From UHGV virus genome UHGV-1376088: a stretch of DNA of 64,000 nucleotides. The stretch is one strand, 5' to 3'. The notes under the pieces were generated by a model. That model saw nothing but the letters and a program-made list of their open reading frames with translations. It did not search any database and was not told where the DNA came from. Position 1 is the first letter of the stretch; each line of letters starts with the position of its first letter. The position numbers and the translations under genes were made by a program. Source of the stretch: a virus. Below, one piece after another: positions 20,368-28,564 of this stretch.

Positions 20368-20619
20368 GCGAAGATAGTTTAATTGGTAAAACGCCACGCA
20401 AATCTTAGAATAATAACCATTATGTAGAGCCAAGTGGCTCGAAGAGCATACTCTATATTAAGATAGGGCTGGGTGCAATCCCGGGTATAGGCTAACGATC
20501 TATACTGAATGTAAATATTTTATGTCGAAAGACAGATAGCTCAATCCTTTAAGGAATGGTCTAAGATGGATAATTTCCGCGGTAAAGTGGTCATGCGGTG
20601 TCGATAGCTGCTCTTCGCT
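20368..20619 (+). ncRNA. tRNA-like element with ~175-nt insertion (intron-containing tRNA or large Y-like RNA)
   Basis: 5' gcgaaga-ta-gttt-aattggta-aaac D-arm and 3' ...gcggt-gtcgata-gctgc-tcttcgc acceptor pair 7/7 across 250 nt; the insert contains repeat A. Confidence 0.35.
20419..20516 (+). repeat. repeat element A (shared with 63372-63510)
   Basis: attatgtagRgccaagtggYtcgaagMgca ... ccgggtatagRYtaacgaYctatactgaaYRtaaa is shared between the two loci. Confidence 0.6.
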
Positions 20620-20655
20620 CCCTATTTAATTAACTGAATATCCAAAGGATTTAAG

Positions 20656-21183
20656 ATGCAGACGATTGCAATAAACCTAATAGGTGCACCCGGAACGGGC
20701 AAAAGCACAATAGCATCTGAGCTCTTTGCCAAGATGAAGTGGCTTGGATATGATGTTGAGTTGGTTTCCGAATACGCAAAAGAATTGGTTTGGGAACAAA
20801 GAAACGAAACTTTCAAGAATGAACTGTATCTATTTGCAAAACAGCATCATAGAATGTTTAGATTAAATGGTAAGGTGAAGTATATTATTACAGACCGCCC
20901 ATTAATTTTGTCTATTTTTTATAATCAAAAATATGGAAATGGCAGCAAAACATTCCGGCAGCTTGTATTGGAAGAAACAAATAAGTTTCAAAATATCAAT
21001 GTATTTCTGAATAGAACCAAACCATATGTTCAAAATGGCAGAAATCAAAGTGAAGAAGAATCCAATGAATTTGCAAAAGAAATATTCGAATCTCTTGAAA
21101 AATATTGCAATGGATATCTAATTCTAGACGCTGTTGAAAACCAGGCGTCTGAACATATATTGAATTTTGCAAAACAAGAATAA
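20656..21183 (+). CDS. P-loop NTPase/kinase-like protein
   Basis: Walker A 'GAPGTGKST' at the N-terminus, 'ITDRP' Walker-B-like; 175 aa; fold resembles small nucleoside/nucleotide kinases. Confidence 0.5.
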   Translation: MQTIAINLIGAPGTGKSTIASELFAKMKWLGYDVELVSEYAKELVWEQRNETFKNELYLFAKQHHRMFRLNGKVKYIITDRPLILSIFYNQKYGNGSKTFRQLVLEETNKFQNINVFLNRTKPYVQNGRNQSEEESNEFAKEIFESLEKYCNGYLILDAVENQASEHILNFAKQE

Positions 21184-21196
21184 GAATAGGTACAAC

Positions 21197-21397
21197 ATGA
21201 AAGAGTACACATTCTCATACAGGTTTGATAATAAAGCTTGGTCTTTCAGTATTTATGCAAACAGCGAAGAAGAAGCCAAGAGAAAGTTCTGGGCTTTAAA
21301 AGAAAATGGCAAATATTGCGGCGAGATTGTATGCAAAGTGAATGCTACAAAGCCGTACAGTTTTATTAAATCCATTTTGTCGAAGTTTAAGACATAA
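21197..21397 (+). CDS. small hypothetical protein
   Basis: ATG-initiated 66-aa ORF (the track start 21167 is a TTG). Confidence 0.35.
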   Translation: MKEYTFSYRFDNKAWSFSIYANSEEEAKRKFWALKENGKYCGEIVCKVNATKPYSFIKSILSKFKT

Positions 21398-21413
21398 GTT
21401 TAAGTTTAAATGC

Positions 21414-21506
21414 GCTCCCGTACCATAAAAGGATAATGGAACTGACTTCTAATCAGTAAGCCAAACGAAGGCGAGTATGCGGGTTCGAGTCCTGCCGGGA
21501 GTGCCA
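21414..21506 (+). tRNA. class-II-shaped tRNA with anticodon UCU (Arg codon AGA), long variable arm, G73
   Basis: Acceptor gctcccg/cgggagt; D ccat/atgg; anticodon stem actga/tcagt with loop cuUCUaa; 21-nt variable arm with gcc/ggc hairpin; T-loop ttcgagt; CCA encoded. Confidence 0.6.
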
Positions 21507-21612
21507 AAATGCCACAATCTATATATTATTATGGATTTCATTAAAAATAATGTTACTATTGATGAAGTAACTGGATGTTGGAATTGGAATAAATCTGTAA
21601 CAAGTGCAGGTT

Positions 21613-21870
21613 ATGGTCAATCTTAGCCCTACCGGGCATGCCAAATATAAAGGATTCAATATGGTATATTTAAATCTATTTGTGAAATATGTGAATCCAC
21701 GTGTTAGTGGAAGTACGGTTATTCAGGTCAAAGAAGACCATTTGAATTCTGAATTTGACTATATAGTTGAAGATGCTCTTTATGAAAAATTGAAAGAGTC
21801 TCTTCAAATGCCAGAAAGAGTTATAATTGAGAATATTGTAATTCTTGGGCGTTGTGAAAAAGACGATTAA
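21613..21870 (+). CDS. hypothetical protein
   Basis: ORF after the tRNA; weak RBS; start uncertain (ATG at 21613 or 21661). Confidence 0.3.
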   Translation: MVNLSPTGHAKYKGFNMVYLNLFVKYVNPRVSGSTVIQVKEDHLNSEFDYIVEDALYEKLKESLQMPERVIIENIVILGRCEKDD

Positions 21871-22075
21871 GACATAAACTGCCTGGCATGATGCAGTTTT
21901 AACTATCTAATCTGCCATTATTATTCTCAGTCTGGCATTCGCCAAAATGTTGCCGCATTTTGAGAATGATAAAATCATAGATGGTTATTTTCTGGTCCTA
22001 GCAGTCAATTTAGTTGACCCAGTACACTGTAAGCTGGAACTAAAGATAACGATTTAAACCCTGTTCTCCCTAAGC

Positions 22076-22146
22076 AATAATGTAGTTCAGTGGTAGAGCG
22101 TCTGCAATTTGGCAGAATGGCGGTGGTTCGATTCCACCCTTTATTG
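22076..22146 (+). tRNA. tRNA-like gene with non-canonical (6- or 8-nt) anticodon loop, identity undetermined (UUU/UUG region)
   Basis: Acceptor aataatg/ctttatt (6/7 pairs); D gttc-agtggta-gagc; stem tctgc/gcaga around 'aatttg'; T-arm ggtgg-ttcgatt-ccacc; one nt shorter than canonical; possible pseudogene or frameshift-type tRNA. Confidence 0.4.
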
Positions 22147-22631
22147 ACGAGAACAGGTACTCAATTTAATAATGAATCTTTATTCAGATTCATTTAGTCT
22201 GACAATGGTGTGATGAAATCTTAAGGGCTGTTCTTTGGATATTCTTAGTCTAATATTGAAATGTGCATTTCTTTATTGGGCTCTGTTTTATTTGAAGATA
22301 AAGCTTAAAAGGTTGCGATAGCAATAAAAACAATAAGGTGTTGCACAGCGCCTGTTTGGAGTATATTGTGAATGCTTGCACGTGTGCCGCGGAGGTACAA
22401 GGTTCCCGGAGTGGGATAAGTCAGACTAAATGTATTTGAAGCTAATTAAAGCTTAAAGATTTAAGCCCTGCTGATTTCTTATATAATATTGTTTATTATG
22501 ATTATTCTTATATTAGATAAATACTATTTTATCTTTTTCATTTTTCAGCAGGCATATTTAAGCCCTATTAGTTTATTCCGCAATATAGCTAAAATATTGT
22601 TCTAAAAATTAATAGGCAAAATAAAGATTAT

Positions 22632-22706
22632 AGCGAATTGGTGTAATTGGTAACACACAGGGCTCATAACCCTGAGTTATAGGTTCGAGTCCTATGTTCG
22701 CTTCCA
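22632..22706 (+). tRNA. tRNA-Met/Ile2 (anticodon CAU), second copy
   Basis: Acceptor agcgaat/gttcgct; D gtgt-aattggta-acac; anticodon stem caggg/ccctg with loop cuCAUaa; T-loop ttcgagt; CCA. Confidence 0.8.
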
Positions 22707-23491
22707 GATCCTTTCCTAGTGAGGATAACCACTGGTGACTTTTATGGATTTTGAACAGTGAAAATTCTTTGCCCCTTATGCAATAGTTAAGGCGTTTTCC
22801 GTGATGCGAGAAGTTCACGGCGCAATCCACAACGCGATAATCGTGGCGCTGCCCTTCGAAGCGATACGTTAGGGGTCTTCCTTTAGGCTTAATAAAAGGT
22901 AGTTTTTAGAGATTTATATTAAAAGCTCTATAGTTCTGTAGAATACAGAGCAATGGGTTCGTTGCCTGTTCCCATTGCTATGTGTTTTGACTTCCCGGCG
23001 GCCACTGGTTAATGGTCTGACTTAGATTGGTTCAAAGAAATCAATCCCCAAGGTGAGGGTATCGCACCTGTTGTAGGTTGTTCATAAAACCTTCGGTCTT
23101 TTGTGCTCTTTATTCCTTAATACAGGAGCATCGATTGGGTAATGAGACATAAGGTCCCAGTGGGTTTTAGCTTTTTTAACCACGCGAGTGATGTCGCAAA
23201 AGCAAAATGCATTTATGTATTGTTTACAGTATATAAAGTGATAGGTTTCTGCAGGACCTATTGCTGTATGTATTAATATCCCGCGAACCTTCGGTAAATG
23301 GTTCACCTTGCCAAAAGGAAAATTGGAAGTCTGGCATTGCTATGGAAGAATGCTGGTTCGTTGGTCCATCCTTAAAACCGATAAGCTTTTTGTGCATTTA
23401 CGGCTTTGACGATAAATGCCCCGAACTATTAATGTGAATGTATAGCCAGAGTGAATCCTTCTGGGGAGTGATGTCCGAAAAGGATTACAAT

Positions 23492-23578
23492 GCGAATGTG
23501 GCGAAATTTGGTATACGCGCTTGTCTTAGAAGCAGGTGTCCTAGTGGCGTGTGGGTTCGATCCCCTCCATTCGCACCA
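23492..23578 (+). tRNA. tRNA-Leu (anticodon UAG)
   Basis: Class II: D gcg-aaatttggtata-cgc; loop cuUAGaa; ~14-nt variable arm; T-loop ttcgatc; A73; CCA. Confidence 0.7.
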
Positions 23579-23584
23579 ATTCAT

Positions 23585-23660
23585 GCTGGAATAGCTCAAT
23601 TGGTAGAGCAACCATTTTGTAAGCGGTAGGTTGTTAGTTCGATTCTAATTTCCAGCACCA
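23585..23660 (+). tRNA. tRNA-Thr (anticodon UGU)
   Basis: Acceptor gctggaa/ttccagc; D gctc-aattggta-gagc; loop uuUGUaa; T-loop ttcgatt; CCA. Confidence 0.75.
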
Positions 23661-23663
23661 AAT

Positions 23664-23754
23664 GGAGGGACGGCAACGACGGTGGTGTTGCGGCAGACTG
23701 TAAATCTGTTCCGAAAGGTAAACATTGTAGGTTCGACTCCTATTCCCTCCACCA
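23664..23754 (+). tRNA. tRNA-Tyr (anticodon GUA)
   Basis: Acceptor ggaggga/tccctcc; loop cuGUAaa; long variable arm; T-loop ttcgact; CCA. Confidence 0.75.
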
Positions 23755-23758
23755 AATA

Positions 23759-23847
23759 CCGCGAGTGGCGTAACAAGGCAACCGCATCAGACTTAAAATC
23801 TGAGGATCGTAATGATCGTGTGGGTTCGACTCCCACCTCGCGGACCA
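23759..23847 (+). tRNA. tRNA-Leu (anticodon UAA)
   Basis: Acceptor ccgcgag/ctcgcgg; anticodon stem tcaga/tctga with loop cuUAAaa; variable arm hairpin; T-stem gtggg/cccac; A73; CCA. Confidence 0.75.
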
Positions 23848-23893
23848 ATACTGTATTGATAAATTCAATGCTATATAAAAATAGGTTTGATTT

Positions 23894-24217
23894 ATGAAAA
23901 CAGTTAAATTATCAGATTGCTCAAAGTTCCCCAAAGCTAAAGAAGATGGGGAACTTTTTGCCAGAACAAAACTTTTCCATGAGCTTTATAAAACCGAACA
24001 TACCTTAAGAATCGATTTTGATGGTACTTATGGAATTGCTCATTCGTTTTTAGAAGGACTCTTCGGTTTTCTTATTGATTCTGGATGTTTAACAATGAAA
24101 GAGATATTCAATAGGCTAACTATTAAAGCGGATGAATATCCCTATATAATTGAGGGAATATTCTGTATATTGGTGGAATACGATGAAAGAAACTTTGATA
24201 ATAGCCCCTGTAGTTGA
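23894..24217 (+). CDS. hypothetical protein
   Basis: 107-aa ORF immediately after the tRNA block. Confidence 0.4.
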   Translation: MKTVKLSDCSKFPKAKEDGELFARTKLFHELYKTEHTLRIDFDGTYGIAHSFLEGLFGFLIDSGCLTMKEIFNRLTIKADEYPYIIEGIFCILVEYDERNFDNSPCS

Positions 24218-24350
24218 AGTTAAAAAGATCCCTTCGTTTGCCGAGTTTATAGAAATGAGAACGCGGCAACTTCTAAGAGAATTAGACAAGCATTCAAAAA
24301 ATCTAGAAAAAGAGACTAATAAGCTTGTAGATATTATCTCTAATAGTTAA
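24183..24350 (+). CDS. small hypothetical protein
   Basis: ATG with 'ggtgg' RBS; overlaps the previous ORF's 3' end; speculative. Confidence 0.3.
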   Translation: MKETLIIAPVVEVKKIPSFAEFIEMRTRQLLRELDKHSKNLEKETNKLVDIISNS

Positions 24351-24377
24351 AATTTTAAAACAATAAAGTGTAGATGT

Positions 24378-24452
24378 TGGCATGTAGCTCAGCGGCAGAG
24401 CAGACGGCTGTTAACCGTCCGGTCGTAGGTTCGATCCCTACCGTGCCAGCCA
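24378..24452 (+). tRNA. tRNA-Asn (anticodon GUU)
   Basis: D gctc-agcggcag-agc; anticodon stem gacgg/ccgtc with loop cuGUUaa; T-loop ttcgatc; CCA. Confidence 0.75.
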
Positions 24453-24646
24453 AAAGATTATGGGCAGGTAGTTTAAGAGGAAAAAACCACGTGGGTGTAT
24501 ACCTTCGACGTTATTGGAATCGAGGCCAATTCTGTCCACTAATTTCCCATTTCCCATATATTTCAATCATCAATCCTTTCCACAGTACAGGGTTAAAATA
24601 TTTTGACTAATAGCGCCAACTAGCGGTCAAAGCTAATGGGAATTTC

Positions 24647-24733
24647 ACAACCATGACGGAATTGGTAGACGTATCGGTACTTAATGTGCCGAAGCCGGAG
24701 AGTGGCGTGCAGGTTCAAATCCTGCTGGTTGTG
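24647..24733 (+). tRNA. class-II tRNA, anticodon UAA (Leu-type) with U37 and G73
   Basis: Acceptor acaacca/tggttgt; D acg-gaattggtaga-cgt; anticodon stem cggta/tgccg with loop cuUAAug; 16-nt variable arm; T-loop ttcaaat; no CCA encoded. Confidence 0.6.
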
Positions 24734-24754
24734 ATACATAACAGAGGTGTAAAC

Positions 24755-24955
24755 ATGTCCAAGAAAAGATGTTTTGTTCTTTACGAACGAGAAGGCAAAA
24801 GAAATTCGGCCTTTATTGAAATTGATGATGTCTATATTACTGGTACTTTATTTAGATCTTTGAAATCTCATGTTTCTGATAAGATAGCTGACCTATATAC
24901 GGATAGGTATGGCTATGTATTAATTTTGGATTTCAAAGTTATTGCCTCTGTTTAG
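24755..24955 (+). CDS. small hypothetical protein
   Basis: ATG with SD 'agagg' just after the tRNA; the track ORF 24653 starts inside the tRNA. Confidence 0.4.
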   Translation: MSKKRCFVLYEREGKRNSAFIEIDDVYITGTLFRSLKSHVSDKIADLYTDRYGYVLILDFKVIASV

Positions 24956-24972
24956 TTTAAACGAATTTTAAT

Positions 24973-25046
24973 GCGGGCATGGTATAGAGGTTGTGCCTTA
25001 GCCTTCCAAGCTAATGAGAGGGATTCGAGTTCCCTTGCCCGCTCCA
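24973..25046 (+). tRNA. tRNA-Gly (anticodon UCC)
   Basis: Acceptor gcgggca/tgcccgc; anticodon stem ttagc/gctaa with loop cuUCCaa; T-arm aggga-ttcgagt-tccct; CCA. Confidence 0.75.
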
Positions 25047-25231
25047 ACAATTTAAGACAGGCGCTTGCAAGTTTGAGGGAAGTCATATTAGGCCCCGTGT
25101 CCATACAGCCTCCACGCACTCTGCCTGTCTAACCCTTATGTCCTGAATGCCTGCTACGACTACATCTGACTTTTTATCGGACATTAAGTGTCGAGCTATT
25201 TTTGTCAGGACTCTCTATAAAAGGTAACAGA

Positions 25232-25669
25232 ATGTCTGACTGGGAATATCAATCTTTTATTGCAGAAGACGATTTACTTCCTACCTTCTGTTATAGAATT
25301 AAGCATAGTGGTAATACTATTTCTATTCAATTTGGGCCTGTAAAACAATACAACGGTCTGCCGGTTTATTCTGTATGTCTATCAATTTATCGAAAACGTA
25401 AGCGTATTGATATTGATTTTAGCGCTCGATCTGTAACAGGAACTATTGGGACTACAGGATTACTGTTAGCAAAGCAAAGCTTCGACTTGTTTATCAAAGA
25501 ATTCTTTGATGAAGTGGATACGGATGGTGTTATCTTATCAGTACAAGGTGCTGATGTCAGACGATATAAAGTTTATAAGCGTACCCTTGAAAGAATGGGG
25601 TATACTGAAGGTAAGCTTTTGGGCTCTTTATGTATGAGTAAAGTTTACTATCGAGAAAGTCTTAAATGA
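25232..25669 (+). CDS. hypothetical protein
   Basis: ATG with SD 'aaaagg' (the track start 25202 is a TTG). Confidence 0.45.
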   Translation: MSDWEYQSFIAEDDLLPTFCYRIKHSGNTISIQFGPVKQYNGLPVYSVCLSIYRKRKRIDIDFSARSVTGTIGTTGLLLAKQSFDLFIKEFFDEVDTDGVILSVQGADVRRYKVYKRTLERMGYTEGKLLGSLCMSKVYYRESLK

Positions 25670-25689
25670 CTAAAATTTATATATTTTTC

Positions 25690-25780
25690 ACCACCTTAGC
25701 TTAATGGTAAAGCAGCGAGCTTATACCTCGTAACGACAGATAATCGGCTGATCTGGGTTCGAGTCCCGGAGGTGGTACCA
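25690..25780 (+). tRNA. class-II-shaped tRNA with anticodon UAU (Ile AUA), long variable arm
   Basis: Acceptor accacct/aggtggt; D gctt-aatggta-aagc; anticodon stem gcgag/ctcgt with loop cuUAUac; ~21-nt variable region; T-loop ttcgagt; A73; CCA. Confidence 0.55.
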
Positions 25781-25806
25781 TTAGAAAGTGTCGAGAGAGT
25801 TAAAAT

Positions 25807-25894
25807 GGAGAAGTGGCAGAGTGGACTATTGCACCTGACTTGAAATCAGCCGATCGGAAACGGTCCGTGGGTTCGAATCCCATCTTCTCCTCCA
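25807..25894 (+). tRNA. tRNA-Ser (anticodon UGA)
   Basis: Acceptor ggagaag/cttctcc; D gca/tgc; anticodon stem ctga/tcag with loop cuUGAaa; long variable arm; T-loop ttcgaat; U73; CCA. Confidence 0.65.
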
Positions 25895-26103
25895 ATTAGG
25901 TGGCTAGCATTAATTTATCTTTTAACATCTTATGATTGTTGAAGAAATAACACTTTATCGCACCTGCTAGCTGCCTATCCCCTATTGTAAGATTGCCTCA
26001 TAGAGTAGATTTTGTCTACACTATGGGGCTTTTGTTTTCGCTTTCTAAATAGAGCTGCGAACTATAGAACTTTAAATGGTTAATAAAATAAACGGAATAT
26101 TTA

Positions 26104-26328
26104 ATGAAAATTAAAATTTATGGCAAACCGTCTTGTCCTTATTGTGAAAAAGCCAAATCTTTAGCCTCCTCTTTTGGTGAATATGAATACGTTGATATTA
26201 TTGCTGAAGGTATTAATAAAGAGAAATTGTCAGAGATTTGTGGCAAAGAGGTAAATCGAGTGCCTCAAATTTTTGTAAATGATATCTTGGTTGGTGGCTA
26301 TACAGAGTTTGCAGCCAAATATCAATAA
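26104..26328 (+). CDS. grx: glutaredoxin
   Basis: 'KIKIYGKPSCPYCEKAK' CPYC active site; 74 aa. Confidence 0.8.
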   Translation: MKIKIYGKPSCPYCEKAKSLASSFGEYEYVDIIAEGINKEKLSEICGKEVNRVPQIFVNDILVGGYTEFAAKYQ

Positions 26329-26358
26329 ATCATATAGATTAATTACGGAGCATTTTAA

Positions 26359-26511
26359 ATGAGCAAGCCTTGGATTAAAGATTGGATTTTAAGTAAGCAA
26401 GCTAAAAATCTTGGCACAGTATATAATAAGCCTACAGAAAGTAGTAAACGAATTGCGGCGGCACGTATTAAGCGCAGCATTGAACTTAGATTCAAAGAGG
26501 AGGAAATCTAA
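26359..26511 (+). CDS. small hypothetical protein (50 aa)
   Basis: SD 'ggag'; stop overlaps the folA ATG (taATG). Confidence 0.35.
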   Translation: MSKPWIKDWILSKQAKNLGTVYNKPTESSKRIAAARIKRSIELRFKEEEI

Positions 26512-27020
26512 TGTTTGCAGGAATGCATCTAAATATGATTGTCGCAATTGACAAAAAGACCGGCGGTATTGGATACAAAGGTAAATTACCTTGGCGCTGT
26601 CCTGACGATATGAGATTCTTCAGAGAGATGACTCTCGATAATATTTGTTTTTGTGGTTATAAAACATATAGAGCCATGCCGCCTTTAAATAGAAGAACTG
26701 TTGTTCCGGTAAGTAGAGATGGTAGAGGAGTTTCTTTTACCATTGAAGATTTGGAATCTGATTTGGGATTTGCGAATGCATTTAATAATGGCAGATCAAT
26801 GGGCGAACTATTCCTTATTGGCGGCGCGGAACTCTATTTAAAATTCCTAAAAGATGGCAAAGTGGATACAATCTACTTGTCAGAAATAGAATTCAAAAAT
26901 AAAGAATATGAGTATGATACATATCTCAAATATCCTTTTGATGAATTCGAAAAAGAAGAAATTCGTTCTATTTCAACGGACGATTATGAACTGAAGATTT
27001 ACAAATTAACCCTTAAATAA
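26511..27020 (+). CDS. folA: dihydrofolate reductase
   Basis: 'MIVAIDKKTGGIGYKGKLPWRCPDDMRFFREMT' and 'LIGGAELYLKFL' are DHFR motifs; SD 'gaggagg'. Confidence 0.8.
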   Translation: MFAGMHLNMIVAIDKKTGGIGYKGKLPWRCPDDMRFFREMTLDNICFCGYKTYRAMPPLNRRTVVPVSRDGRGVSFTIEDLESDLGFANAFNNGRSMGELFLIGGAELYLKFLKDGKVDTIYLSEIEFKNKEYEYDTYLKYPFDEFEKEEIRSISTDDYELKIYKLTLK

Positions 27021-27030
27021 GGAGCCTGTT

Positions 27031-27639
27031 ATGTTGGCAAAACTTAAAGCTATTTTGATGTCATTTTTCCGCACTCAAACAAATGAAATGATCTTCAATG
27101 ATCCTGATCGTGCAAAAGAATATATCAACCAAAAGATTTCTGACGTAAGCAAAGCTATCAATCAGGCTTGTGTGAACCGGGCTTCTGTTCAGCAGTCTAT
27201 TGAAGACCTCGGAAAAGAAATCGAAAATGAAGAGCCGAAAATTCAAAAAGAAGAAGAAGCTCTTCGTTCCAAAGCTGCTTCAGGAGACTTGAATAAAGAT
27301 GCCGCTTATCGTGTCTTTATGCGGAAACAAATTCTTGAAGAAAAGAAAAACTTGCTTTCAACTTACGTTGAGCAAGAATTGGACTTCGAACGACTTTGTT
27401 TCGATCTGAATTTGCAACGTGAAAAATTGCAAATGAAGAAAGGTGAAGTTGCATTGAATGTCTCTTTGGGCAAAACCTTTACTGTTGATATCGAAGCTGA
27501 TGAATTCCTTCGTGAAATTAAAATCAATACAAAAGGTAAGGCTGAAGCGGCTAAAATTATTTCCGGCAACAAGTCTGGCATCTCCGATGCTAAATTCGAT
27601 GATTTCTTTAAATCATTGAGCCCAGAAAATAAAGAATAA
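27031..27639 (+). CDS. PspA/IM30-like coiled-coil protein
   Basis: ~200-aa all-alpha coiled coil with a PspA-like heptad pattern (EALRSKAASGDLNKDAAYRVFMRKQILEEK). Confidence 0.35.
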   Translation: MLAKLKAILMSFFRTQTNEMIFNDPDRAKEYINQKISDVSKAINQACVNRASVQQSIEDLGKEIENEEPKIQKEEEALRSKAASGDLNKDAAYRVFMRKQILEEKKNLLSTYVEQELDFERLCFDLNLQREKLQMKKGEVALNVSLGKTFTVDIEADEFLREIKINTKGKAEAAKIISGNKSGISDAKFDDFFKSLSPENKE

Positions 27640-27647
27640 CTGGTATA

Positions 27648-27678
27648 GGCCCTAGAGTTAATCTAGGGCTATTGTCTT
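27648..27678 (+). terminator. rho-independent terminator
   Basis: gccctag-agttaat-ctagggc hairpin plus U-rich tail. Confidence 0.55.
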
Positions 27679-27689
27679 ATGGAGTATAT

Positions 27690-27890
27690 ATGAACTTTAC
27701 TACATTTTATTATTTGGCAATTTTGATTGCTATTGCTGCTAAGTTGTTTGGATATCTGGCTGCTTCTTGGTTATGGATTATCGGGTTTGCCGTCCTGCCA
27801 TTTTTCGTTGGGCTATTCTTAGTCTTTGTTGGAATTATTATGGCTGCTGTTTTTAATGTGAATTTATCCAATAACCGTTATCGCAGATAA
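27690..27890 (+). CDS. small membrane protein
   Basis: ATG with 'ggag'; two TM helices. Confidence 0.4.
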   Translation: MNFTTFYYLAILIAIAAKLFGYLAASWLWIIGFAVLPFFVGLFLVFVGIIMAAVFNVNLSNNRYRR

Positions 27891-27906
27891 TAGCAAGGAG
27901 AGCGGC

Positions 27907-28563
27907 ATGACTACATTCTTTATATATGAATTTAATAATAAATTTGAAATGTATCAAATGGGTCTTTCTAAATGGATTGATATTGTGAAGACCTCAACTA
28001 AGTACAAGTTCGTTTATTTGCTAGGTGCCGCTCTTTTGTGTTTGGCTATCTTTGCGCCTTGTTATATAGATATTGTCCCGGAATACGTTAAAGGCATAAT
28101 TATACTTATTGAGCTTTTAGGTGCAATATTTGTTATTCCAACAATTTTGTCTGATGACAATATTATTGTGGATAATAGAGATTCAGAACCTCAAAGAATA
28201 ATAGAGTCTAAAACCCTTTATTTCTTAAAATATTGTGGACGTGTTACTGATGCTATGTCCTTGTTCGATATTTATTATGTTCAATGGGAAGATGGCGCCG
28301 GTATTATTATTGACACCAGCTATTATCTTATTAATGATTATAAGACCCTTAAGCCCATGAACATTGCCAAAGAGAAGAGAGATGTAACACTAGTCGTAAG
28401 CGGCAATAAAGTCAGAGAAGAATATCCATTTAATATTGTGAATTCAGAACGAATTGTAGAAATCGTAAACGACTTAGGCATCATAGATAAAATATTTGCA
28501 AGCTCTATAACAAAAGAAAAGATTGGTAGAAAATTACTTGAAAATATCATGAAGGGATATTGA
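27907..28563 (+). CDS. membrane protein
   Basis: SD 'aaggaga'; hydrophobic N-terminal helices. Confidence 0.45.
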   Translation: MTTFFIYEFNNKFEMYQMGLSKWIDIVKTSTKYKFVYLLGAALLCLAIFAPCYIDIVPEYVKGIIILIELLGAIFVIPTILSDDNIIVDNRDSEPQRIIESKTLYFLKYCGRVTDAMSLFDIYYVQWEDGAGIIIDTSYYLINDYKTLKPMNIAKEKRDVTLVVSGNKVREEYPFNIVNSERIVEIVNDLGIIDKIFASSITKEKIGRKLLENIMKGY

Positions 28564-28564
28564 T

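Noticed and set aside
22150-22630. Possible tmRNA, rRNA or CRISPR array in the tRNA island
   Set aside because: There is no tRNA-like 5'/3' pairing with an internal tag ORF. No 16S/23S-like conserved blocks were seen. No regularly spaced direct repeats were found anywhere in the window.
24374-24610. ORFs 24374-24610 and 24653-24955 (N-terminal part) and 23438-23629, 23682-23897
   Set aside because: They start inside or run through tRNA genes on the same strand, which makes them artefacts of the six-frame translation. Only the ATG-initiated 24755-24955 portion is kept.
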